Of a stretch of 35,877 nt of DNA, positions 1 through 8,251 are shown piece by piece. Position 1 is the stretch's first letter. Each line of letters opens with the position of its first letter. Origin of the DNA: a virus; IMG/VR virus record IMGVR_UViG_3300045988_053149, positions 1-35,877 of that record. One strand, 5' to 3'. The notes under the pieces are model-generated. The model saw only the letters and a list, made by a program, of their open reading frames with translations. It was not told where the DNA came from and did no database searches. The position numbers and the translations under genes are program-made.

Positions 1-55
1 CCGAGTTTGCCGTCATGTCAACGACATACGAATCGGCAATGAGGTAGTTCTTGGA
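1..55. repeat. 55-bp terminal direct repeat, identical to 35823-35877 (circular-assembly overlap)
   Basis: Direct comparison of the two window ends. The repeat lies inside an ORF that stays in frame across the junction. Confidence 0.95.
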
Positions 56-319
56 GTCGTAGAAAACATGCCACGCCTTGAGCGAAACCTTGGTGCTCTT
101 CTTGGTAACGTCGGAGATGCGGAACGCCTGAGCGCCCTGCGGAGTGTCGGCTACGATTATCCTTCCGCTGGTCAGATAATCGGCGTACTTTGTGCTAGCT
201 TCCAAGTCCAGATAGTAATCGCCGTTGTCTTTCTTGGTCACTTTGGCCTTCGTCGGCAGAATGACTATATCGCCGTTGGTGGTGAAGCTCTTGTCGGTCG
301 CTTCGAAAACCCTAATCAT
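1..319 (-). CDS. Tal-like tail-tip protein (prophage tail endopeptidase / phage minor structural protein N-terminal family), first ~106 codons; same gene as 34495..35877 across the circular junction (548 aa total)
   Basis: ATG at 319-317 is preceded by GGGAGGTG. The translation MIRVFEATDKSFTTNGDIVILPTKAKV...LIADSYVVDMTANS runs without a stop into the 447-aa track ORF, and the frame is conserved through the 55-bp overlap. Confidence 0.75.
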   Translation of the reverse strand, partial: MIRVFEATDKSFTTNGDIVILPTKAKVTKKDNGDYYLDLEASTKYADYLTSGRIIVADTPQGAQAFRISDVTKKSTKVSLKAWHVFYDSKNYLIADSYVVDMTANS

Positions 320-447
320 AGATGCACCTCCCTATATGCCAAGGGGGGCGCATCGCTGCACCCCCCTCATTCTAGCAACGCGTTGTCCCATGCCGCGCAG
401 TTGGCATGTTGGTTTCGGCGGTCATGCTCCGCCATAGCGCATGGACG

Positions 448-570
448 CTATTTCAGCTCGATGCCGTAAATGTCCTTGTATGCGGCCTTCGCAGCGTCCT
501 TGTACTTCTCGGGAACGCTGTCGAAAGTGCGAAGCCCCTTATAAATCAATCGCGCGTAGATGTAACCCAT
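448..570 (-). CDS. 40-aa XkdX-like small tail-fibre-associated protein
   Basis: Below the ORF-track size cutoff. MGYIYARLIYKGLRTFDSVPEKYKDAAKAAYKDIYGIELK. Its ATG lies 2 nt after the upstream stop. Size and position after fibre genes resemble XkdX-type proteins. Confidence 0.45.
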   Translation of the reverse strand: MGYIYARLIYKGLRTFDSVPEKYKDAAKAAYKDIYGIELK

Positions 571-571
571 T

Positions 572-892
572 CTATGCCCCTTCCACGATGGTCGCTACAG
601 CTTCCTGCAGCTCGCTGATTTGCTCGGCGTTGATTTCGTCCTGTCCCTTCACGCGGTTGGCGAAGTGGGCAACGATGTTCTCGCCGTCCGTCTCTGCCTT
701 CACGGAAACGGGAACGAGGTGCTGCACAACGGTGTCGTCGAACTCCGCGCCCTTCAGGTTGTCCTCGGTGAACTCCGCGCGGATTGCGTCAAGCTCCGCG
801 AAGGTCTTAACCACCGCAACGCAATCGAGCGCTGTGCTCGAGTCTGTAAAATCATAAGTCTTGCCATTTGCGAACTTGTAAGTTTTTGCCAT
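572..892 (-). CDS. Hypothetical tail-fibre-associated protein (106 aa, XkdW-like position)
   Basis: Track ORF 572..910. The internal ATG at 892 follows AAGGAG with 6-nt spacing (MAKTYKFANGKTYDF...). Confidence 0.55.
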   Translation of the reverse strand: MAKTYKFANGKTYDFTDSSTALDCVAVVKTFAELDAIRAEFTEDNLKGAEFDDTVVQHLVPVSVKAETDGENIVAHFANRVKGQDEINAEQISELQEAVATIVEGA

Positions 893-932
893 TGTTTGCT
901 CCTTAATCACACGTAAAAACGTATAACGCTAT

Positions 933-1616
933 CTATTTTGCAATCCAGACAGAATGGCCGATGTTGCGTCCGCCGTTCACCGACGCCCCGCAAACAAACG
1001 TGACGCGGCCGGTATCCGCGACCTCGACGTTTGCCGTGTTGTTAGAGGTGACACCCCCCGGTTTGGTCAATACAGAAGGCTCTATGAAGCTTTTGGCCGG
1101 ACGGAATCCGTCGGGTAGCGTTCCGGCAACCCACAAATCGGTTGTCTCTTGACCGAAGTTCCACAACATCTCTGCCATGAACCCCTTTTTGCGGTAAGCC
1201 ACAAAGTCATCGGAGAATCCGTTCCCGTATAGGAACTGAAAGTTGGTCTCTCCGGATACGGAATTCCCGATGGTAGTTAGCTCACCCGTTACCGTCGTGG
1301 CTGTCGAATTGGAATCTGAGATGGCATTGCCCTTGGCAATTGCGCTCTTTACCTTGCGCAGCACGCCACCAACGACAACGTAACCCCCAGCGGTGTACGC
1401 CTGCGATGCCGTGGTCGAGGATTCGACCGCAGCGCTCGGGACGATTTGGCGCTGAAGCGAAATGTTGCTTGATTTGTTGATAGTGAAAGTGCTCGTTGTG
1501 TTGTCGGTGTATGTGATTGTGTAGGTATCAACGGTATCCGTGCTAGCGGTCTTAATAATTTCCGTGATGCCGCGACCGTCCTTGCCCTTCACGTTTCCGA
1601 TGATGATTTTAGCCAT
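933..1616 (-). CDS. Tail fibre / receptor-binding protein, paralog 3 (227 aa; shared N-terminal anchor, unique C-terminal head)
   Basis: The N-terminus MAKIIIGNVKGKDGRGITEIIKTASTDTVDTYTITY matches the N-termini of the 1627..2631 and 2647..2988 products. The C-terminal ~130 aa are unrelated to them. Confidence 0.65.
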   Translation of the reverse strand: MAKIIIGNVKGKDGRGITEIIKTASTDTVDTYTITYTDNTTSTFTINKSSNISLQRQIVPSAAVESSTTASQAYTAGGYVVVGGVLRKVKSAIAKGNAISDSNSTATTVTGELTTIGNSVSGETNFQFLYGNGFSDDFVAYRKKGFMAEMLWNFGQETTDLWVAGTLPDGFRPAKSFIEPSVLTKPGGVTSNNTANVEVADTGRVTFVCGASVNGGRNIGHSVWIAK

Positions 1617-1626
1617 TCTATCCCTC

Positions 1627-2631
1627 CTAAATTATATAATAAACGTTTCCAGTGCTTTTATCATACTCGAATTTGGGAGCGGTGCTTGCTGCGTCGCTGT
1701 AATATGCGACAAGATTGCCAGCGTCATCTACACCAAGCGAGAAAAGCCCAGATATAGGCACCGTAATACCTGCATCGCCCTTGTCTCCCTTTGCACCAGG
1801 GTCTCCCTTGTCGCCCTTTGCGCCAGTAACCCCGTTCTGCCCCTGCCTTGCGACGCTGTAGGCTACTGAGCCGTCAGAATAGGTGAGCTTAGTCCAAAGG
1901 TACTGACCCTGTGGTACTGATACTACGCTGTTGCTCCACGTCCCCGAGGGGGGGGTGGTGCTGCTCGCCCCCGCTTGGTACTGGATGGACGATGTTTTTA
2001 GCGGCGCACCAGTCGCGCCCTTAGGGCCGGTCGCGCCGGTATCGCCCTTGACGCCCTGAATTCCCTGCGGGCCGGTGTTCCCCCTTGGGCCTTGGGGCCC
2101 AGTGGGGCCTTGTGCTCCGGTGGCTCCGGTCGCGCCCGTGTCGCCTTTGAGCCCCTTCGGCCCCTGTGGGCCTTGAGCTCCCGTCGCTCCCTTGATGGAG
2201 CCCGCGTAGGCCCACTCCGCCGCGCTCGCCGCGCCCGATACCGTGCAGCGGTACACCGCGCCCGTGGACGTGTTGAGGTAGTAGTCGCCGACGAGCGCCG
2301 ACGAGATGCCCGTTGAGAATACGGCGCCGGTTGTGGACGTGCCCGTCACTGCGGTCCCGCTGTACCATTGACTGCCGCGCTGGCCCGTGGCTCCCGTCGC
2401 TCCGGTTGGCCCCGTCGCTCCCTTCGGCCCTTGCGGCCCGGTGGCCCCCTTGTCCCCCTTGTCGCCCTTTGCGCCGTTGGTTACCGTGAAGCTGCCAGCG
2501 GCGGTACCGTCCGAAAAAGTGGCGGTATAGGTATCGACAAGCCCGGAACTTGCGGTTTTCTCGATTTTAGAGATTCCGCGCCCGTCATCGCCCTTGTCGC
2601 CCTTTACATTTCCGATTAAGATTCTAGCCAC
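1627..2631 (-). CDS. Collagen-like repeat tail fibre protein, paralog 2 (about 334 aa)
   Basis: Three Gly-X-Y runs (GDKGDKGATGPQGPKGATGPTGATGATG; GATGAQGPQGPKGLKGDTGATGATGAQGPTGPQGPRGNTGPQGIQGVKGDTGATGPKGATG; GAKGDKGDPGAKGDKGD). The GTG at 2631 sits 6 nt after GGAGAGGTGG and gives (M)ARILIGNVKG, parallel to paralog 3. Confidence 0.8.
   Translation of the reverse strand: MARILIGNVKGDKGDDGRGISKIEKTASSGLVDTYTATFSDGTAAGSFTVTNGAKGDKGDKGATGPQGPKGATGPTGATGATGQRGSQWYSGTAVTGTSTTGAVFSTGISSALVGDYYLNTSTGAVYRCTVSGAASAAEWAYAGSIKGATGAQGPQGPKGLKGDTGATGATGAQGPTGPQGPRGNTGPQGIQGVKGDTGATGPKGATGAPLKTSSIQYQAGASSTTPPSGTWSNSVVSVPQGQYLWTKLTYSDGSVAYSVARQGQNGVTGAKGDKGDPGAKGDKGDAGITVPISGLFSLGVDDAGNLVAYYSDAASTAPKFEYDKSTGNVYYII
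2473..2568. repeat. 96-bp direct repeat copy B (92/96 identical to 2827-2922)
   Basis: Aligned by eye. The 4 mismatches are all synonymous third-codon positions. The repeat encodes KIEKTASSGLVDTYTATFSDGTAAGSFTVTNG in both fibre paralogs. Confidence 0.9.
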
Positions 2632-2646
2632 CAAATACCACCTCTC

Positions 2647-2988
2647 CTAGATTATGTAGTATACGTTTCCGCTCTCGCGGTCGTATTCGAATTTGGGCGT
2701 TTCGCCCGTTCCTGTATCATTGTAGCTTGCGATTATGTTACCGTCAGCGTCAACGCCCAAGCTGAAAAGGCCAGACATGGGAACGGTTATGCCAGCGTCC
2801 CCCTTGTCCCCCTTGTCTCCCTTCACGCCGTTGGTTACCGTGAAGCTGCCAGCGGCTGTACCGTCCGAAAAAGTTGCGGTGTAGGTATCGACAAGCCCGG
2901 AACTTGCGGTCTTCTCGATTTTCTGGATGCCAGCGCCGCGCTCGCCTTTGAGCATCATCACCTTGACGGTCTCGTCTATCTTCGCCAT
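2647..2988 (-). CDS. Short fibre paralog 1 (113 aa): shared N-domain + GDKGDKGD + shared C-terminal domain
   Basis: The N-terminal 36-aa block is identical to the collagen-like paralog. The C-terminus GITVPMSGLFSLGVDADGN...PKFEYDRESGNVYYII matches GITVPISGLFSLGVDDAGN...PKFEYDKSTGNVYYII. Confidence 0.75.
   Translation of the reverse strand: MAKIDETVKVMMLKGERGAGIQKIEKTASSGLVDTYTATFSDGTAAGSFTVTNGVKGDKGDKGDAGITVPMSGLFSLGVDADGNIIASYNDTGTGETPKFEYDRESGNVYYII
2827..2922. repeat. 96-bp direct repeat copy A (92/96 identical to 2473-2568)
   Basis: See copy B. The offset between copies is 354 bp, same orientation. Confidence 0.9.
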
Positions 2989-2999
2989 TCAAACACCCC

Positions 3000-3356
3000 C
3001 TAAAAAGTAACGTCCTGCATGATTTCGAGCACTCCGCGCATGACCGTGAAAACGTCACCGTTGCACCCGATTTCGAAGTCGTAGAAGTACTTGCCGGGCT
3101 TCGCACCGGCAGTGTCGCTCGGTGCGACCCTCACGACGTAAGCCCCTTGGCCTACCTTGGAAACGCCATCCGAAAGCGACTTCCTGAAAATGAATCGGTT
3201 GTCGCTGCGGTTCGATTTGCAGGTGAAATAGGCTCGCTCCAAGTCCTGAGCGAACGGCTCGCCTTCCTCGTCCATGACCTGCAAGCCAAACGAAAGTGTA
3301 TCGCCGCGAACCATTCGGATGTACTTGTCCTCCATTGTGAAATTCGTCCGCATCAT
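3000..3356 (-). CDS. Hypothetical baseplate/tail protein, 118 aa (possibly an Ig-like, BppU-N-like fold)
   Basis: The ATG at 3356 overlaps the Dit stop (ATGA). MMRTNFTMEDKYIRMVRGDTLSFGLQV...YFYDFEIGCNGDVFTVMRGVLEIMQDVTF. The fold assignment is only a weak recollection. Confidence 0.5.
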   Translation of the reverse strand: MMRTNFTMEDKYIRMVRGDTLSFGLQVMDEEGEPFAQDLERAYFTCKSNRSDNRFIFRKSLSDGVSKVGQGAYVVRVAPSDTAGAKPGKYFYDFEIGCNGDVFTVMRGVLEIMQDVTF

Positions 3357-4429
3357 ACCCACCTCGAAAAGTCCTCGACCTTGATTTCCGTGACGTTTCC
3401 GCGCCACGATATGGCGTTCTCGCCGACCTTCAGAGCCAAATCGGAGTAATCGCCGGTGACGCGCCGATTCATCAGGGTGTCACCATGGTACGCATTCATC
3501 TCGTCGGCGTCTATCGTGATATATCCACCGTCTATCGAGAATGACAGCACGGTGATTGCATTGATTGCAAGCTCGACGTTTCCGCTGCCGTGCACCGTGA
3601 CGGTCGGCCTTGACACGACGTTTCCGCGATTGGTCAGGGCGATTTGGTTGAAGCTGTTGCTCGCCATGGTAGCGCTCAACGTAAAATCTACCGAAGTGCC
3701 AGCTTTGATGTCGAGCCACAGCGCATCGTACGCGACGTTGGAATCTGCCGCTGCGGTTATCGTGGAATCGCCGTTGCTCTTCAGCTCCATATACGAACCG
3801 CCGAAAGACCTGTCATCCGAAGGGAACCCAGCGATAAGCCTTAACGCGCACCCAGCGGCGCTGCCGCTAGCCGAAGCCGTTAGAGTGTAGTTCCCAGAAA
3901 GTGACATGCTCTCGATTGGAACCTCTATATCGACGTCGCTCGTCGCCCTGCCAGACACCCTAATGCTGCCGCCGCTTGAAGTTGCTGTGATGCCGAACCT
4001 GCTAGCCGTCGAATCCTTGACGTGCATGAACTGGTTCACGATGTCGAAAGTCCTGTCAACCGCGTCGTACTTGAAGGGCTGCACGTGCATCTTGACCTTC
4101 GCCGTGCGGAACCGTATCAGGCGTTCGAAGTCGATTTGGTCGAGAATCTGGTAGCGGTAGTACTTGTCTGGCTCGTTGCCGAAAACGACCTCACCCTCCG
4201 AATCGAAGAAGGCGATTGCGTCGTCGGTGTCGAAGTCACCGTGAAGGCCGATGCTCACCTCCTTGTCGTAGGCTGCGTATCCCAGCTTCGTGACGATATC
4301 GCCGTCGCGCCCGTCGATTTCCTCTTTGCTCGTGCGCATCTTCGGCTTCGTAATCGGAGGAAGGGATTGGATTATCAAGCCTTTGACGTTCGTGCTCTTC
4401 TCGCCGTTCAATTCGATATAGCTAATCAT
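3353..4429 (-). CDS. Distal tail protein (Dit, phage tail family), enlarged form (358 aa)
   Basis: Lies immediately downstream of the tape measure. The N-terminus MISYIELNGEKSTNVKGLIIQSLPPITKPKMRTSKEEIDGRDGDI is typical of Sipho_tail/Dit. About 100 extra residues suggest an inserted domain. Confidence 0.75.
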   Translation of the reverse strand: MISYIELNGEKSTNVKGLIIQSLPPITKPKMRTSKEEIDGRDGDIVTKLGYAAYDKEVSIGLHGDFDTDDAIAFFDSEGEVVFGNEPDKYYRYQILDQIDFERLIRFRTAKVKMHVQPFKYDAVDRTFDIVNQFMHVKDSTASRFGITATSSGGSIRVSGRATSDVDIEVPIESMSLSGNYTLTASASGSAAGCALRLIAGFPSDDRSFGGSYMELKSNGDSTITAAADSNVAYDALWLDIKAGTSVDFTLSATMASNSFNQIALTNRGNVVSRPTVTVHGSGNVELAINAITVLSFSIDGGYITIDADEMNAYHGDTLMNRRVTGDYSDLALKVGENAISWRGNVTEIKVEDFSRWV

Positions 4430-4440
4430 GTAAACACCCC

Positions 4441-6990
4441 CTATGCGTAAATCGCGTTCGCGACAGTGCGCTCCACGAACTTGCCGGCCACCTCGTCATC
4501 GAGCACGATGTGGACGCGCTCAAGGGCTTCGACAACCGCGTCAACCACGCTGGAATTGGCGACCGTCCCGGCTGCGGAATAGCCGCTGTAGGCAATCTGC
4601 TGGTCGCTCACGAAAGCCGAAGGGTCGGGCATGGCGTCCTGCATCTGACCGACAACGCTTCCAATCTCGTCGGTGAAGCCCTCGCCGATGCCTTGGGCGA
4701 TGTACTTGCCTACTTGGTCGCGGAACAGCCGTGAAGGCGAGTGGATGCCGAGGGCGTTCTTCATTCCGTCGAGGATGCCAGACGCAAAGCTCTTCACCTT
4801 GCCAGCCAGCCATCCAGCAGCTCCGCTGATACCGTTCCAGATACCGTGCACGATGTCGGAGCCGATGCTGAGCACGCGCCCGGGGAGCGAAGCCAGCCCG
4901 TTGACCACCGCGTTGAACATGTTCCTTGCGCCCTGTGCGCCCTTCGACGCCATCTGCCCAGCCCAAGAACCGAGGTTCGAGATGACGTTGCCAAGGAAGC
5001 TCGCGATGCGCCCGGGCAGCTGCGAGATGAAGTTGATTGCGTTGCTCAGGAACTGCGAGCCAGCACGCGAAGCGTTGGATGCCATGTTCGAGACCCAGCC
5101 AACGACGTTTGAAATGACGTTGCTCAGGAAGCTCGCGACGTTCGCGGGCAGGTTCTGGATGAAAGTCTCGACATTGTGGACGAATTGCGAACCCGCGATT
5201 GCTGCGTTGCTCGCCATGTACGAAACCCAATCTGTAACCGTGTCAATGACGCCGTTGAGCCAGTCGGAGAACATCTGCGGCAGCTGCGAGATTGTGGTGC
5301 CGAGGTTAGAGAAGAAGTCCCCGATTGCCTGGACCGCATTGCCGATGAAGTCCTTGACGCCATTCCACACGTTCGCCACGGCGTCGCGGAAGCCCTCGTT
5401 GGTGTTCCAGAGCACGACGATGCCTGCGACCAATGCGGCGATTGCGGCGACCGCAAGGCCGATAGGGGACGAGAGCTGCGCGGCATTGAGAAGCCGCTGT
5501 GCGACTGTCATTCCCTCGGTCGCGGTCTTCCAGCTCTTGAACGCAGTGACTAGCGCTTCGACTTTCTGCGCGACCATGATGGTGCCCAACGCTGTGGAGA
5601 TTCCCGCCAGCAGCGGAGCTATCGTCGGCAAGTTGTCCTTCAGCCACGATATGCCTTTCTTGATTGGCGGGATGACCTTTGAAACGCCGTCGCTGATTGA
5701 GTTGATGAAGCCGGTCACGTTCTCACTGCCGATTGCATCGTAAATCTGCATCAGGCCATCAGTGACAGCCGCCTGCATGTTTCCCATCGCGCCCTCGAAA
5801 GTTGACGTTGAAGTGGCGGCCTGCTGGGCGGCGTCGGTGAAGCCCAAATCCATGATTGCCTGATTGAATTCATCGGCTGTAATCTGGCCCTGTGCCATAG
5901 CGTCGCGGAAATTCCCCGTGTATGCGCCGTTCTTCTGCAACGCTTCTTGCAGCTTGCCGGACGCGCCGGGAATCGCGTCAGCCATTTGGTTCCAGTTCTC
6001 CGTCGTGAGCTTGCCAGCACCAGCCGTCTGCGTTAACACCATCGCCACGCTCTTGAACGTGTCGGCGTTGCCGCCAGCGACTGCGTTCAGGTTGCCAGCG
6101 GCCTGCGTCAGACCCGTGTAGTCCTGAATGCCGTTGGCAGCGAGCTGCGCGGTCGTGTTGGCAACCGTGTCGAGGTCGTACACCGTCTGGTCGGCGTACG
6201 TCTTCATGTCATCCTTTGCCTTTGCGATTGTCGAATCGTCGTAACCCGCGAAGCTCATGGTCGATTCGAACTTCTTCAGAGCATCGGAGGAGTTGATTGC
6301 TTCGCCCACAAGGCTCTGCACGCCGTTTATTGCCGACGTGATGATGTTGCCGGCGAGGTTTGCGATAGCGCCCTTCAGGACGGTGAATCCGCCCTCGGCA
6401 CTGCGTGCCTTATCGCCAGCGTCCTCGACGGCTTTGCCTAGCTTCTCGCTCGAATCGGACGATTTCCCCATCTGCGATTCGAGGTCTTTGATGTCGGCTT
6501 TCGTCTTGTTGATGTCCGTCTGTGCGCTGTTCATCTGCGTGCGCATACGCGACATGGAGCGCTCGTTCTGGTCGTTGGCGAGCGTCGATTTCTCGACCTG
6601 CTCCTTCAGGTTCGCGACCACTTCAGCTTGCTGCTTGTACTCGGTCGAAGACGTTCCCAGCTCTCGCCCGATGCGCTCAAGCTCGGATTTCTCCTTGTTG
6701 TACGAGGCGACCAGCTGCTCGTGCTTCTCCTTGTTCTGCTGGTACTCGCTGCCCATCTTCTCGTACTGCTCGCGGAGAACCGAAAGCTTCGACTTCTGCT
6801 CTTCGAGCCGATGTGTTAGCGCCGACTGCTTGGCGGTCAGCGCTTCGATGCTCGTGTCGTTCTTGTCGTACTGCGAGGACACGAGCTTGAGTTCGGACGA
6901 AACTTCCTTCAGGTTCTGCGAGATGTTGCGCAATGCGGCGCGGTACTCTGATTCGCCCGTGAGCTTGACCGCGCCACCGAAACTTGCCAT
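4441..6990 (-). CDS. Tail tape measure protein (849 aa)
   Basis: Follows the G/T chaperones. It has a coiled-coil N-terminus, hydrophobic central segments, internal repeats (LPANVASFLSNVISNVVGWVSNMAS / LPGRIASFLGNVISNLGSWAGQMAS) and a GIHSPSRLFRD motif near the C-terminus. Confidence 0.9.
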   Translation of the reverse strand: MASFGGAVKLTGESEYRAALRNISQNLKEVSSELKLVSSQYDKNDTSIEALTAKQSALTHRLEEQKSKLSVLREQYEKMGSEYQQNKEKHEQLVASYNKEKSELERIGRELGTSSTEYKQQAEVVANLKEQVEKSTLANDQNERSMSRMRTQMNSAQTDINKTKADIKDLESQMGKSSDSSEKLGKAVEDAGDKARSAEGGFTVLKGAIANLAGNIITSAINGVQSLVGEAINSSDALKKFESTMSFAGYDDSTIAKAKDDMKTYADQTVYDLDTVANTTAQLAANGIQDYTGLTQAAGNLNAVAGGNADTFKSVAMVLTQTAGAGKLTTENWNQMADAIPGASGKLQEALQKNGAYTGNFRDAMAQGQITADEFNQAIMDLGFTDAAQQAATSTSTFEGAMGNMQAAVTDGLMQIYDAIGSENVTGFINSISDGVSKVIPPIKKGISWLKDNLPTIAPLLAGISTALGTIMVAQKVEALVTAFKSWKTATEGMTVAQRLLNAAQLSSPIGLAVAAIAALVAGIVVLWNTNEGFRDAVANVWNGVKDFIGNAVQAIGDFFSNLGTTISQLPQMFSDWLNGVIDTVTDWVSYMASNAAIAGSQFVHNVETFIQNLPANVASFLSNVISNVVGWVSNMASNASRAGSQFLSNAINFISQLPGRIASFLGNVISNLGSWAGQMASKGAQGARNMFNAVVNGLASLPGRVLSIGSDIVHGIWNGISGAAGWLAGKVKSFASGILDGMKNALGIHSPSRLFRDQVGKYIAQGIGEGFTDEIGSVVGQMQDAMPDPSAFVSDQQIAYSGYSAAGTVANSSVVDAVVEALERVHIVLDDEVAGKFVERTVANAIYA

Positions 6991-7005
6991 AGAATCACCC
7001 CCTGT

Positions 7006-7263
7006 TTAAAACCATTCCTCGTCGCTCATTGACTGCGCTTCGAGCTTCGCATAGGTCGAACCGTTCGCCCTCAGCTGTGTCTCGATGTCGAACGTGTCCT
7101 TGTACGCCTGATACAGCGCCCGAAACCGTCTGAGCGTCAATCTCCCGACTTCCCTGTCGGACGAAAGCCCCAACCGCGTCCGCCCGATGAAGTAATACCA
7201 CGCGAAGTTAATCGTCGGGTCGTAATCAAAAATCACGTCTTCGTCGTGGACTATGCGTTTTTT
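7006..7263 (-). CDS. Tail assembly chaperone, GT frameshift extension (-1 frame of 7251..7598)
   Basis: The ORF is in the -1 frame relative to G and starts at the slippery heptamer. It reads KKRIVHDEDVIFDYDPTINFAWYYFIGRTRLG... and lies directly upstream of the tape measure. Confidence 0.75.
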   Translation of the reverse strand, partial: KKRIVHDEDVIFDYDPTINFAWYYFIGRTRLGLSSDREVGRLTLRRFRALYQAYKDTFDIETQLRANGSTYAKLEAQSMSDEEWF

Positions 7264-7598
7264 GAATCATCGGCTGCGGAATCGACAACCGTCTGCTGCA
7301 CCTTGCTCGTCACCGATTCGAGACCGACAGCCGTCAGGATGCGGGCCACCTTGCGATGCGTCAGCGGCTTCTCGTCGGTGCCATCCTCCTCGTTGGAGAT
7401 TTCGATGCCCTCGTTAATCATCTGCATCGCGCCGAACACGAGCGCCTTGATGTTAGTCTCGCCTTTGTCAGGCTCTATCAGATTGCCCCACGCTTCGATG
7501 CTCCCGTACTCGTCCTGAATCGCTTCCATGACGTTGAGGTCGAAATCGAGCTTGTATTTCTTGTCTTTGTACTCGATTTCCTGCAATTTGCTTTTCAT
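7251..7598 (-). CDS. Tail assembly chaperone (gpG-like, 115 aa)
   Basis: Positioned between the major tail and tape measure genes, with an acidic C-terminus, and ends just after a slippery site. Confidence 0.75.
   Translation of the reverse strand: MKSKLQEIEYKDKKYKLDFDLNVMEAIQDEYGSIEAWGNLIEPDKGETNIKALVFGAMQMINEGIEISNEEDGTDEKPLTHRKVARILTAVGLESVTSKVQQTVVDSAADDSKNA
7257..7263 (-). other. Programmed -1 ribosomal frameshift site A_AAA_AAC
   Basis: Minus strand reads tcA AAA AAC gca TAG with AAA and AAC as zero-frame codons. The -1 frame is continuous with ORF 7006..7236. The G/GT arrangement is conserved in tailed phages. Confidence 0.8.
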
Positions 7599-7615
7599 GC
7601 CTTCCCTTCCTCCTT

Positions 7616-7650
7616 AAAACAATGGGCCACGGCTTTTGCCATGACCCATT
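7616..7650 (-). terminator. Partial intrinsic terminator/attenuator after the major tail gene
   Basis: Minus strand has the imperfect hairpin AATGGGTCATGGC-aaaa-GCCGTGGCCCATT followed by GTTTT. Confidence 0.45.
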
Positions 7651-7671
7651 ATCGCACACATGTCACAGCTA

Positions 7672-8250
7672 CTAGGCTGCTAGCGATGCTGCCTTGAGCT
7701 TGTCCTTCACCCAAGTGACCGCCGCGTCCTTGGTGTCGAAGGTCTGTGCGGCAGACCAATTGCCGTTCGCAAGGCTCGCCGCAGACCCCTCGATTTCGGG
7801 CGTCTTGAAGTCGACCTTCTCGCCCTTCGTCTGGTCCTCCTGCGACGGCTCGGAGAACTTGACCTTGTACAGGAACTCGCCCTTGTACTTCATAGCGCCG
7901 TTGACCATCTTGGTGATGACTCGACCAAGGCCGATGTAGGGGGCGACGTCGTTAGCGTTGCGCACCATCTCGCCCTTGCCTTCCTTGCCGTCATTGACGG
8001 TGTGGCCGAGGATGGGCGCGAAAATCGTATCGTCATCGTCGGCAACGCCGAGCGTCACGCTTGCGCTGTTGAAGCTCTTGTCGGATTCTGCCAAAGTGTC
8101 CTCGGCATAGAGCGTCGCATCGTTGTTGGTCACGGAAACCTTGCACGACACGGCCTTGCCGAATGTCTTCGGGCCGTCGTAGGACGGAGTGCCGTCCTCT
8201 GCTTCGGTGAGCTTGCCCCACCAAATGTTAGTTAGGCCGATTTTTGCCAT
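7672..8250 (-). CDS. Major tail protein (phi13-like family, 192 aa)
   Basis: MAKIGLTNIWWGKLTEAEDGTPSYDGPKTFGKAVSCKVSVTNNDATLYAEDTLAES matches the phi13-type major tail pattern. The position is upstream of the chaperones. Confidence 0.8.
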   Translation of the reverse strand: MAKIGLTNIWWGKLTEAEDGTPSYDGPKTFGKAVSCKVSVTNNDATLYAEDTLAESDKSFNSASVTLGVADDDDTIFAPILGHTVNDGKEGKGEMVRNANDVAPYIGLGRVITKMVNGAMKYKGEFLYKVKFSEPSQEDQTKGEKVDFKTPEIEGSAASLANGNWSAAQTFDTKDAAVTWVKDKLKAASLAA

Positions 8251-8251
8251 A

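Noticed and set aside
1-55. The 55-bp end repeat as genuine physical direct terminal repeats of the virion DNA.
   Set aside because: It lies in the middle of a structural gene, and its length matches a common assembler k-mer. The HNH + P27 TerS gene set predicts cos ends elsewhere.
2473-2922. The 96-bp near-identical repeats in the fibre genes as a DGR template/variable repeat pair.
   Set aside because: There is no reverse transcriptase anywhere in the genome. The four differences are synonymous third-position changes (G/T, G/T, A/G, T/C), not adenine-specific substitutions.
4673-5743. Long plus-strand ORFs antisense to structural genes (for example 4673..5743 at 356 aa, 6257..7009, 10605..11705 at 366 aa, 12804..13574, 13366..14139, 23262..23987).
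   Set aside because: They mirror well-supported minus-strand genes (tape measure, capsid, portal, terminase). They have skewed, low-complexity compositions rich in Arg, Leu, Ala and Ser, and they lack SD sequences. They are expected shadow ORFs in GC-rich DNA.
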